A stretch of DNA of 64,000 nucleotides from Octopus sinensis (GCF_006345805.1 NC_043023.1:14074001-14138000), one strand, 5' to 3'; shown: positions 39,538 through 51,070, counted from the first letter of the stretch. A program made the numbers and translations. The notes: a model not told the origin generated them from the sequence alone.

Positions 39538-42500
39538 ATTTTAGGTACAAATTAAAGCTGTCCGGCTGAGAAGTCATCGAAATGACTTATCTTTTATGCC
39601 CAAGGCATCTAGTGCTAGACTCGCAGGCCGGCACCAGGCACCGATTGGGAGTCCATGCACCTCCACCGGCCAGTCAAACTCCTGCAAAAGCAATTGTTCG
39701 AGCGGTCGGTATTTGTGCATTTTCTCGAGGGCAGCCTCTTTCAAGCTGTCCCCCTGCTCCAATCTGATAGTCACATCGACGACAACCACCTTTTCTGGAC
39801 GGCTAAAGACCAGGTCAGGTATCAGCCTAGAGCCGTTTATAATATAAGACGGCTCTACACTAACACTCCAACCATGGTCAACAGACTCCTTCGCCACCAG
39901 GTCACATATTTTGTTATGCCTGGTGAGTCGTGGCAGGAAGCAAAGGCAAACCGAAGGAAGATATAAGTTGCTGGTTCTGTTCGGCTAATCCTGCAGAATC
40001 AGCAACCTTTCTAACAGACATATTCTGACATCAATAGGCGAAGGTTTCGGCGGGTGACGGACTTTGGTATCAGTCTCATCATTTGGTGAAGACTTAACCC
40101 TCCATCCCGCCGGCTGCTATTTAAGAAGGAAGAGGAAGTAGAGTAGGGGAGATGAAGCATTCTTTTAGCCCCCACGTGGATGGCCGTGTCCAGCCTCTCA
40201 AGTATCCCCCTTGACGGCAGCGCCTGCACCAAACCATAAAAGAGTCTAGGTAGATAGTACCGTTGAAGCAAGAGGAATTTTTGTCGGGGTTTCAGCGGAG
40301 CCCTGCACATTTTATCAATGTCCAGTAACACCTGCTCCACTGAGTTTGTCAAACTCCCGACTTGAGATTAAAGTCCACGTCGGGATGCTTACACCTAAAT
40401 ATAAAACCTTATCCCCCGGTTCTACCTTTTTAATAGTGACACCATCAATCTTCGGCGGGGTGTTAACGTTGACGAGGTAGGACTTGCCCCAGCCGTGAAT
40501 GGAGAACTATGCACACTTACTGACATTAAGCCCCAGTCCAACCACGCAAATCCCCACAGCTGGATAACAAATCTAGCAGTGGGTCAGTTGCAATGTTAAA
40601 GAGGATCGGCGAGAGCGCGTCCCCCTGTCTAACACACCGACGAATTTCAATAGGTTCACTATGTTGCCCATCGACTGAGAATCTGGTAGTGCTACCTTCA
40701 TAGAATCTGGTAGTGCTACCTTCGAGCGCTATTACGTGTTCGTGGAACCCAAGTCTCTGCAGTCCTGCATACACTAAAGAGTGCGAGACCGTGTTGAAGG
40801 CCTTTGAGAGATCCAAGAAGGCAACCTCCAGCCGCATTATTCTCAGTCGTGCTGGCCTCCCCATAGCGCGACTAACAAGCTGCTGAAGGAGAAACGAATT
40901 CTCACTGCAGCCGTCAGCACGGATAAAGCCTCTTTGGCTTGGATTAAGAGGAATTACCTGAAGCATGCGTTTGGCGACTATTTTGAAAATAAAAGATAAA
41001 CCGCAGAGCATATCGTTATTGGTCGCCAGTTCGCAAGATCGTATGGGTCGTCCGATCTCTTGGGTATGAGAATCGACTTCCCCCGCTTCAGGATATCGGG
41101 TACCTTACCCGCCAGCAACATGCAGTTGCATATATTAGTTAGAACAGCTGGGTCCATCGCTTTAATTTCACCTATAGTGATACCGTCTGGACCCGCCGCT
41201 GAGATGTTCATCTGACGCCTACTTACCTTAATCTCCTTCACGGAGAACGGACCCCAGATGGAGTCGTTCTCAACCTGGGAGGAGGAGGGGTAGTTCTTCA
41301 GATCTACCTCACGGCCTGCCCTTATAAAATTCCTCTATTGAATAGATTGGAATAGGGCATTCCCACTCCCTGTTTTCACCTAACACAACTGCAAGGAGCT
41401 TCTTCCTATTCTTTCTAAATAAATTTTGATGTCGGGCATAAGCTTGACGCTTATCCCGACGCCTAGACCTAAAGTTACTCAAGTTGGGTGTATTTCTATC
41501 TCTATCTAAATTTCTCCTGTTGTTGGTAACTGCCCTACGCGATTTATAATGCTCCACCCAGTCCTCTATAGTTTTCTCAAATGAGCCCCAAGCAATCGCT
41601 GTCCTGTCTTCCACGAGTTCCAAAAGGGCCTCGGAGAAGACTGCAGACCAATGGGTATGCCCGGGGCATGCAGAATCGAGGAAGGGATCCCTCCAGTCAG
41701 AGCTAGACTGGGGTTCTCCCCCGATTTGTGATTGGGAGTTGGTCATGGACTGTTCTGACCCTTGATGACTCTTGCGAGCCCTTTTGGCCAGATCAGCCCT
41801 TTTCGATCCCACCTGTTTGGCTGTTTTTCCCGGTAGGAATCGTGCAATGGCAGCATTGATCTGCTTTATCCCTGTCATCTTCAGCTCAAACTCCTTTTCA
41901 ACGAGGACCGCTACTTCCTCGTCGGACCAACAGCCCCTGCGTCTTTGGCCTATTGCCTCAGCAGCGGCTGCCCGATCGGCACGTTTCTTTGCAATTTGCT
42001 CTAGGCAAGCAGCAATCCTGCGGGCATTCACCTCAACAGGATGCTTATGCCGAACGTGCTGCGATCGACCTACAGCTGTCAAAAAAGAACGGCTGCAGTG
42101 GTCACAATCAAAGGAGGCTAGAGCTGGACTAGGGGCAGGTGCTCTAAATGCACTGCCATCGCATTTACCAGCGTGACACCTCATGGAATGGAGGTGACCG
42201 CTTTCCCTATCACATTTAATGCATCTGTAGACAGGCCTAATACCATGTCTACAGATAACATGCCCCTCCATTCATGGGGGAGGGGGAGAAGCGCAGAGAA
42301 CATAGCGGGCAGGCTATGGAGCATGACGCCCAGGGAATTGTAAGTGAGAATTCTCTACCACCTGGAGTGGGGCTTGATACCCCCACTTCCTCCTCTTGAT
42401 CCATTTCTAAATTAAGAGAATGAATGGGGAGGTCCCTAGCATCACTCTCTCTGTCCGTCTCTAACGAAAACCGGACTTCATCGATGGGGTCATGTGCTAG

Positions 42501-42865
42501 GTCCAGTGGGAGTTGTTCTCCTCTCACTATCAGGGAATGTTCTTTGTATTCTAGTCTAAATATGTTTACTCTATTTCTATAATACTTCAGTGTCGGACGC
42601 AAATTTAAGCGCCCGACACTGGTCCTGTCGATGCCTATTGAGCCACTTGGACTTACTTGCACCGAAGATGACTCGTTGGCCCGTGCAAGGGAGGGTAGTC
42701 CTTCGGCCGACCGCATTTGGTTAATGCCGTCAGCCTGACGTGTGGGCCCCATCCCGGACCCACAGGCCACCAGTTTAACGGCACCTGGCTGCCGTGTGTT
42801 CCTAAACTTATTAGTTAGCATCACTATTCTTAGCGGCATTTGACTAGGGATCCTAGCCGAAACGA
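39538..42865 (-). mobile_element. R2 copy 6: 5'-truncated at the same point as copies 0 and 1, extends through the endonuclease
   Basis: ORFs 42249..42839, 41309..42271, 40526..41241, 40011..40352 and 39574..39897; junction TATGACTCTTAA|TCGTTTCGG. Confidence 0.93.
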
Positions 42866-42920
42866 TTAAGAGTCATAGTTACTCCTGCCGTTTACCCGCG
42901 CTTGGTTGAATTTCTTCACT

Positions 42921-42952
<32 letters not shown>

Positions 42953-43052
42953 CACGTCTGTGCGGCTAGGCCGGCTACGCGATGATCTGTTTTAATTACT
43001 GTCAGATTCCCCTGGTCCGTACCAGTTCCGAGTCGACCGTTCACCGCCGGCC
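42866..43052 (-). pseudogene. 28S rRNA fragment
   Basis: Same 28S segment. Confidence 0.95.
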
Positions 43053-43670
43053 TAACGCCTGCCTGTCTACGCTGTCAAATGCTTTTTCAAAGTCAACAAA
43101 GCACACACATAGTGGCCTTTGCCATTCCATTGTCTGCTCCACGATGACTCTGAGTGTCACAATCTTATCCGTGCATGATCTCTCCTTTCCGAGACCTGCC
43201 TGATCATCTCTGAGTGACTTGTCAATGGTATCTTTCAATTGCTCCAGGATGATTCTTGTAAGGACTTTGCTTGGAATGGAAAGCAAGGTAATTCCTCTCC
43301 GTTTCCACTCTGTGATAAAATCCCCACTCTTCGGCAGCTTCCCCAAAGGACCCTTCTTCCAGTCTCTTGGGATCTTCTCTGTCCTCCGTACCAAGTTCAG
43401 CACATGGAGCATGTAATTCGTTTTGAATGTTGGTATTCACAGGAGAAATTCTTTCCCTGCGTGCTTCACCCATTTTCCAATCTCTCTTGTTTTATACTGT
43501 TTTGTTTTGAAGTTTTTTCATTGCAACAATTGCTGCTTTCAGAGAAATTTCTTTGAGGAAATTGTGACATTTGTGTCTGGATTTTTATCAATATTTTTGC
43601 ACTCAAATTGTTTCTGAAGATCAGAAAGGATCTTCTTTGACTAGTTCATCTCTTCATTTCATGCTGCTGT
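43053..43670 (-). mobile_element. RTE-type RT fragment
   Basis: ORF 43041..43412. Confidence 0.85.
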
Positions 43671-44674
43671 CTAAATATAAATACAAATTTGACTGTGCAG
43701 AACTACCTTTGTGTGTCTGCTGCCCTCCATTCTCAGAGACGTCCTACTCAGTGCAACAATAAGGTAGTGAAGGCCTGCATATTGTCTGTGCCAATGTGGT
43801 TCTTATTGTGTATTTAAATCTGTCGTGAATTCTGATTTGTCAGATATTTCTTAAGCAACACAGCTTGTACAATTCCCAATATCCTTTCAATCAATGGGTA
43901 CCCTGCATCTAACCCAGATGGATTTAAACCAATAAAACATGGCACAGCTGGAGCAGATTGATGAATCAGAAGTTACTACAGAAGTTTAAATTTCACTTTT
44001 GCCACACCAGTTGCACAATTCCTCTTTGTTTCAGTACATTTCCTCTTTTGGTATTGCAGTTTTTCTGTTCTGAATTCTTCTATTGAGCATATCGGATTTT
44101 TACTAAGAGAGAGAAAATCATGTGAAGCAGAAAGTTGGTTCTGTTCTGATGTTTTTCATTAGAGCCATTGCATTTGATTCCCCAATTGCAAAACAGTTTT
44201 TACCATTTCCTTCATGTCGTAGAAATCAAGGAGTGTCCAGCATTAAAAATTCAAGGAATGAGATGCAGAAAAGCCACAGTCAGTCCATTGTATTTCATAG
44301 CGTCCTCAGAAAATCCCTCCATTCTCAGATATGTCCTACTCGGTGCAAGAATAAGGTAGTGAGAGCCTGCACATTGTCTGTGCCAATGTGGTTCTTATTG
44401 TGTGTTTACATCTGTTGTGACTTCTGATTGGCCAGATATTACTTTAGCAACACAGTTTGTACAACTCCCAATATTCTGTGAATCAACGGGTACCCAGCAT
44501 CGATGAGACATACCCTAGGTGGATATACACCCATAAAACATGGCACAGAGGGTGCAGATTGATGAATCAAAAGTCACTACAGAAGTTCAGATTTTACCCT
44601 TGTGTGACTTGCTGTCTCGTACCATGTGTGGGCCCTGATACTGGAAACACTCTCCTGTGAATGGTTGCAGAAGT

Positions 44675-45766
44675 TCCTTGTTTGACTCCTCTCTGCTACT
44701 CCTTGCTCGGCTACTTTTTGTTGTTGCTGCTACTGGCGTCATCCAGCAACACGAATCTAGCACACAAGCCCAAGACATAATGTCTACCATCGCCATAGAG
44801 TTAATGTTCAGCAGCTTTTGCAACTCGACCGACATGTGGTCAGCAAAGCCATTCACAAACGCTAACTCAACCGTTCAGTCCAATGATTCTCCCTCATATC
44901 CCGCCAGTTTAGCCAATCTCGTGAGTTCATTCGCAAATACATCAACCTGTTCGCCAGTCGACTTTGCTTTCCCCAGGCGAGCATCCACTTCAAACATTCC
45001 TTCTGCAAAGGCCTCCATCAAACAGATTTCTATTAATTCCACGCTAAAGCAGCGAGCTGGCAGAAACGGTAGAACGCCGGGTGAAATGCTTAGTGGTATA
45101 TCATCCGTCTTTACGTTCTGAGTTCAAATTCCACTGAGATCGATTTTGCCTTTCATCATTTCGGGGTCGTTTAAATAAGTACCAGTTACACACTGGGGTC
45201 GATATAATTGACTTAATCCGTTTGTCTGTCCTTGTTTCTCCTCTCTGTGTTTAGCTCCTCGTGGGTAGTAAAGAAATAGCTAAGTTGGTCCCTCTCTTCC
45301 ATTTCTCAGTATAGCGCCAATGCCAAACTATCTAGGTACATCGGTATAAAACTTGCTAAATCATTTATATCTTGGTGTTTCGCAACCAACTTCATCTTTT
45401 TCGACCAAGCGACTACATCCGTGTCACTGAAAAATCCGGTTTGACCGTATCGTTTGAAATACGGACAACACTCATTCGTTTTTCTGGGGTTTTTTTTATG
45501 TTATGGGCCGAAATAGCTTGTAGTGTGATTGAAGAAAAAACAACAGAAATAGAAGGGAAAAGGAAATACAGAGACCTTACCTGGTGACCGATCACTGTCA
45601 AGAAATAAACACATTCTTCCACACTCGCTATCTCTCATCAAACTGCCCCGCGTGCTTTCTACCCATGCATGCCCTTGTAGCCCTTCAGCTGGCCTCTGCA
45701 GTCTTCTGTTTACCTCATCTGCAATCCTCTCCACCAACACCACATAGCCCATCACATCCCACAACA
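44675..45766 (-). mobile_element. Ty3/gypsy LTR (45499-45766) plus gag remnant with SINE (45048-45278)
   Basis: Homologous to 6895-7998. Confidence 0.75.
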
Positions 45767-46296
45767 CCATAAATACAAATTTGGCTGTGCAGAACTACCT
45801 TTGTGCGTCTGCTGCCCTCCATTCTCAGATATGTCCTACTAGGTCCAACAATAAGGTAGTGAGGGCCAGCATATTGTCTGTTCCAATGTGCCACTTATTG
45901 TGTATTTACATCTGTTGTGACTTCTGATTTGTCAGATATTTCTTTAGCAACAGAGGTTTTACAATTCCCAATATCCTTTCAATCAATGGGTACCCTGCAT
46001 CTAACCTAGATGGATATAAACCAATAAAACATGGCACAGCTGGAGCAGATTGATGAATCAGAAGTTACTACAGAAGTTCAAATTTCACTTTTGCGACACC
46101 AGTTGAAAAAAAATTCCTCCTCGTTTTAGTACATTTTGTTTTCTGGTATTTTAAGTCTTTTTGCATTTCAGTTTTGAGGACGTCAATGCTTTCCCGGTCC
46201 GCTTCACCTATTTTCCAAAATCTCTTATTTCCTTCATTTCTGTTTTCATGGTTTCATTTCAGCCATTTCTGCATCGAGATCCACTTTTAGGAAATA

Positions 46297-46674
46297 CTAG
46301 CAGTATCGCCCGGCGTTGCTCAGGTTTGTAAGGGAAATAACTATAAAGCATTTTTAGAGTTATAGCCAAAAAATAGCAAAAAAATGGAAAAAAATTATGG
46401 TAAATTTTTTTGAGAGTTAAAAAAGGTGGAGTTGCGTCCCCTAGACTTTGTTTTGTGTTTCTGATTCTCGACCCCATGTCGAATTTATCGATTTTTTTTC
46501 AGAACTGGGGGATCTTTTCAAAATTTTCGCTGTGTTAGTTTTGAATTATGACATTGGGCTATGTGTGTGTCAAGTTTCATCATAATCGGTTGAAAGCCGT
46601 GGTCAGGGTGAGGGTACAAGCAAACAGACACACAGAAACACACACAGACAAACTGCTGTTTATACAGAGAGAGA
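46297..46674 (-). mobile_element. Non-autonomous Helitron
   Basis: Minus strand reads A|TC...GC-rich subterminal segment GAGCAACGCCGGGCGATACTG CTAG|T; no TSD; (ACAG/CA) microsatellite near the 5' end. Confidence 0.75.
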
Positions 46675-47054
46675 TATTGCCTCACCTATTTTCCTATCTC
46701 TCTTATTTCCTTCATTTCTGTTTTCGTGGTATTGCTTTGTCGAAAATAAACTTTTGGGAGTCTGTTGCCCTACATTCTGGACGTATTTCCTGCCTTATGC
46801 AAATGTGATAAAGTTATGATGGCCTGTACAATAACTGAGTCAGTGTGGCACAAATGCTCCATTTGAGAAATGTAATCCTGCCTTCTGATACTGAAAAGGG
46901 AGCTAAGATGATAAAGTTGGACCTGCATCAGTACCTTGATGCACCTACGGTAGTGGGCCTTGATTAAAATTTTAGCTCATTTTTTTTTACTCAATAATAA
47001 ATCTCTGAATGAGATATAAACAGTAACTGCATGACGATGTGAGGTATATTTGCC

Positions 47055-47303
47055 ATCTCAATATGGCTAACCACGAAGGGTGGGTGTTACTGTAGCTTGT
47101 AGCCCCAGGAGAACATCTCCTCCAGCTGGCTATCGACACATTTTCTGTGCCCTATTGGTATTTGCAAAGGGAAGGAAGGATGACCTCCCTTTGCAAATAC
47201 TGATAGGGCACAGAAAATGTGTCGACAGCCAGCTGGAGGAGATGTTCTCCTGGGGCTACAAGCTACAGTAACACCCACCCTTCGTGGTCAGCCATATTGA
47301 GAT
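47055..47303. repeat. Near-perfect inverted repeat, 118-bp arms, ~13-nt loop (MITE/fold-back-like)
   Basis: Arms 47055-47172 and 47186-47303 with about 4 mismatches; mirrored ORFs 47080..47271 and 47087..47278. Confidence 0.95.
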
Positions 47304-47314
47304 AGCAATATAAA

Positions 47315-47547
47315 GGCGGCAAGCTGGCAGAGACGTTAGCACGCCGGGTGAAATGCGTAGCCGTATTTCGTCTGCCGTTACGTTTTGGGTTCAAATTCCG
47401 CCGAGGTCGACTTTGCCTTTCATCCTTTCGGGGTCGATTAATTAAGTACCACTTACGCACTGGGGTCGATGTAATCGACTTAATCCATTTGTCTGTCCTT
47501 ATTTGTCCCCTCTGTGTTTAGCCCCTTGTGGGTAGTAAAGAAATAGG
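47315..47547 (+). mobile_element. SINE family A inserted in the right end of the inverted repeat
   Basis: Full-length family A sequence; tattgagat occurs on both sides. Confidence 0.9.
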
Positions 47548-47805
47548 TATTGAGATGGCAAGTATACCGCCCATTTTTTTACTCAATTTTTCATCAAACC
47601 TTAAAAGGTTGTCTACAGTTTTGGCGACTGGTCCTTTCAGTTTGTTTAGAAATAAACTGCCAATGGTCTTGTCGGGGATTTTAGAAGAAAATATTCCTTC
47701 TAGCTGTTCTTTGGCATAAACCCTAATGTTAGTTTGGATAGATACACTCTCAGTGTGGTTGGCATGGGACGGGGGGCGTCCAGCTATGGAAACTCTGCCA
47801 GATCA

Positions 47806-47848
47806 GAGTGGATTTGGTAGACGGAAACTGAAAGAAGCCCATCGTATA

Positions 47849-47901
<53 letters not shown>

Positions 47902-48102
47902 CTGTGTTTGTCCCCCCAGCATCGCTTGACAACCGATGGTGGTGTGTTTACGTCCCCATAACTTAGTGGTTCGGCAAAAGAAATTGATAAAATAAGTACT
48001 AGGCTTCCAAAGAATAAGTCCTGGGGTTGATTTGTTTGACTAAAGGCGGTGCTCCAGCATGGCCGCAGTCAAATGACTGAAACAAGTACAAGAGTAAAGA
48101 GT
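47806..48102 (+). mobile_element. SINE family B, 3' part with internal (TA)n(TG)n
   Basis: gtggatttggtagacggaaactgaaagaagcc...gactgaaacaagta. Confidence 0.85.
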
Positions 48103-48738
48103 ATAGATGTACTATAGCTTGACCAGAAACACTTGTTGAGACTATCAAATATAGTACTAGCTTTTCTTGTTCTATACATAATTTCATAATCAAGACCAGT
48201 AGAGGTCAGGATACTTCCTGAATAGATAAATTCAAAGATTTGACCATAAGCAATTACAGAAGGTTCAATATATACTGTTTAGAGGGAGCAGGTCGGTCCA
48301 TCCTTTGAGTTTCTTTAGAAATTTCTGATTATCTTGTCATTGATTTTACTGGAGAATATTCTTTCTAGTAGTTCTTTGACATGTATCGTAGGCTGAGTTT
48401 ACACAGCTTTTGTAGCTGCCCAGTTTCTGTTTACATCAGATTCCAAATCAGGTTAGTAAACCTCTTATATATATATATATATATAGAATTAAGACAGAAC
48501 CTCCATCAAAGTAATTCAATTAATAGTGAAAGATATTATCTATGATAAAATATAAATATATTATTAATATTGTACTAAAAATTACTATACTAAATAATAC
48601 ACATTAAATCGACTATGCATGTTTCGTGACGATATATTTATATCGACAATATCAAAATTGATAATCTCAAAACTTAATATTAATTTGATCCAATGATACA
48701 TAGCCACTATTCAGGCCTAAATAACATAAAATAAACTT

Positions 48739-48742
<4 letters not shown>

Positions 48743-48805
<63 letters not shown>
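48743..48805. repeat. (TA)n microsatellite
   Basis: Direct observation; further (TA)/(CA) tracts at ~47853, 52630-52745, 59035 and 60715-60825. Confidence 0.95.
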
Positions 48806-48808
<3 letters not shown>

Positions 48809-48839
48809 ATTTATTTATTTATTTATAAAAAAGAAGTTT

Positions 48840-49850
48840 GAAAACGCCACTATTTAAGATAAATTTTAATTTTCTTAGAAATTTTACGTTTCGGTTCTTC
48901 TTGAAAAAACGAACCATATCAAAAGTATTTTATAAAGTTAAGTGTAATAAAAAAGTTCATAATTGTTTCTTACTGGTCTCAACAGTATCCACGTGGTATT
49001 TTTGTGGGGAGTAAGCATAATAGCTGTCTTATGTGTTTGACTAAAAGTAAGGAAAAGACCAGTGGCTGAAATGGCAGTAGCAGCAGTGACTGTTGGTCAT
49101 AGCAGTAGTAACCGTGGTGGTGGTGGTGGTGGTGGTTGGAATTGCAGCAGCTGATTGGCTGTAGCAGTTGTAGCAGCAGTGGAAGATTGTTGATCATAGT
49201 AGTAATAGTAGTGACCATGGTGGTTGTAGTAATAGTAGCAGCGGTAGTAGTGATCGTGGTGGTAGTGGTAGAATTCCATTTTCCTTTTCGGAAGACCAAT
49301 GTATTGTTTTAATGTTCCTGACCCAGGGTGTTCAAACTTGGTCCGAATTTTCTAATAAAATAAAGTTCTTTACTTTGGCGTTGAGTGAAGGTTACGTTGT
49401 CACTGAATTTGTAAAGTGGGAAAGTTGTGAATTTGGGATTTTTATTTGAAGCACATATATCTGTGTCCACTGACTGGTATTTTCCTGTACTCTGGATTCC
49501 TAATTTGGGATTTATGAACTGCCATCCTTTTTCGTAGGCTGTTTTTTGTATGGCCTATATACTACCTATTGCACCCTGTGCATGTTAACACGTAAATTAA
49601 GTTTTCTGATGTACAGGTGAAGTTTGTTCTGATGGTAAACTGATGGCCTTGGTAGAAGATTCAGAATTCACATTAGAACAAGATGACACAGATTCCACAG
49701 TTGGGCTTTCCACATTTTCTAACTGCTGATTTTGTGGTTATTGTAGAGTGCAGTTTAGCTTGGGTTAAAATCTTTTTTAAGGATTTTGGTTGCCGTTTAC
49801 TTTTAATGATGGTGTGTGTTTGGAGGATTCGGTTCATCTTTGGGTCTCCC
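48840..49850 (-). mobile_element. Penelope-like element 3' remnant (GIY-YIG region plus pseudo-LTR) with an internal trinucleotide tract at 49070-49270
   Basis: Minus-strand translation gives SKRQPKSLKKILTQAKL, KCGKPNCGIC, PEYRKIPVSGH and KELYFIRKFGPSLN, typical of the PLE linker/GIY-YIG C-terminus. Confidence 0.75.
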
Positions 49851-49889
49851 TTGAGTATATATATATTATATTATATTTTTATAAGGGAA

Positions 49890-50285
49890 CTAGCAGTATC
49901 GCCCGGCGTTGCTCTGGTTGTAAGGGAAATAACTATATAAGCATTTTTAGAGATGTAAAGTATAAAAGCCATCTGAATATGGCTAACCACAAAGGGGGGG
50001 TGTTACTGTAGCTTTTTACGTTCTGAGATTTAATAATACATTTTTAGAGAGTTACTTCCCTTATATAATAGCAAAAAAATGCATTAAAAAATGGGAAAAA
50101 ATGATAGTAAATTTTTTTAAAATCGTAGACTCATCGTAGACGCGCACTAATACCCAGAAGGGCTCGATATGAACCACGACTATAAGATACCCGCTTTTGG
50201 TGACACTACATCGCAAAATGTGGGAGTAGTTAGGAATCTAAATCGTAGGAGACAGACACACAACTTTAGTTTTATATATAAAAGA
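49890..50285 (-). mobile_element. Non-autonomous Helitron (same 3' end as 46297-46674)
   Basis: Minus strand A|TCTTTTATATATAAAA ... CAACGCCGGGCGATACTGCTAG|T. Confidence 0.8.
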
Positions 50286-50443
50286 TATCAATCCCTGTGA
50301 AGCTGGGATTGATATTCCCTTATAAAAATATGAGACATTCAAGTTAAGAATATTAAGTTGAATCATTCTCAATAAGTAAATACATATATATCAAAGTATA
50401 CTTTGCTATATGTGTGTATTTATATTTAAGTGTGTACATATAC

Positions 50444-50580
50444 AGGTGTGGCTGTGTGGTAAGAAGCTAGCTTCCATCCCACCTGCTCCTAGTTCCAATC
50501 CAGCCATGCCACACCTTGGACAAGTGTCTTTTTATCGACATGGGCTGATAAAATTCATGTCAGTGGATTTCGTAGACACA
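50444..50580 (+). mobile_element. Degraded SINE family B 5' fragment
   Basis: gtggctgtgtggtaagaagc...accttggacaagtgtctt. Confidence 0.6.
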
Positions 50581-50929
50581 CTCGTAAAAGCATTTCTCAC
50601 ATACTTATATATTAAATTGTAAAAGATTATAACTCTTTCCACAAAATAACACGGAAGGGCACAATATATTGACCAAATATTTTTATTCTTTTGAAAACAA
50701 AATGAGGTATTAAACCTTTTACTTTTACAAATTTTCTTTTGTCTTTCTACAAAAAAGAACACACAAAAACTGAGGCAATAAACCTCTTAGACTGAGACCC
50801 CAAGTCTCTTCAACCATCCCCTATCAATTCTCTTGCCGCCTGCAGGCAATCCCTCAGCCGCAAGTCAGGGCACCAAAAGATATAATTGTAATATTTCTTC
50901 GAACAGGACTCCCCTGTTGTATTCTTTTG

Positions 50930-51070
50930 CCCCAACTTTCTCTCACTCCCTCTTCCTGTTTCTTGAGTAACTCTGCGATGGACTGGCGTCCTGTGCAGCT
51001 GGGGGGAACACATGCCACAGAAACTGGGAAACCAGGCCCATGAACCTGGCTAGGCTTGAAAAGGGCGACG
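50930..51070 (+). mobile_element. SINE family D 3' fragment (V-domain-like)
   Basis: gcgatggactggcgtcctgtgcagctgggggg...ggcccatgaacctggctaggc. Confidence 0.6.

Larger units (their letters stand above)
1..46140 (-). repeat. Composite tandem array (~7 units) of RTE fragment::28S fragment::R2 plus gypsy remnant and unassigned modules
   Basis: The same 28S fragment starts at 601, 5083, 12307, 18196, 26951, 35482 and 42866, each followed by the same RTE RT fragment. The ORF track recurs at offsets of 8755 and 8527 bp. The left end runs off the window. Confidence 0.95.

Noticed and set aside
477-45772. Numerous plus-strand ORFs of 60-150 aa in the array
   Set aside because: They are antisense shadows of TE ORFs or chance frames repeated with the unit; no recognisable domains.
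48979-49299. Thr/His-rich ORF
   Set aside because: Translation of a trinucleotide microsatellite within the Penelope remnant.
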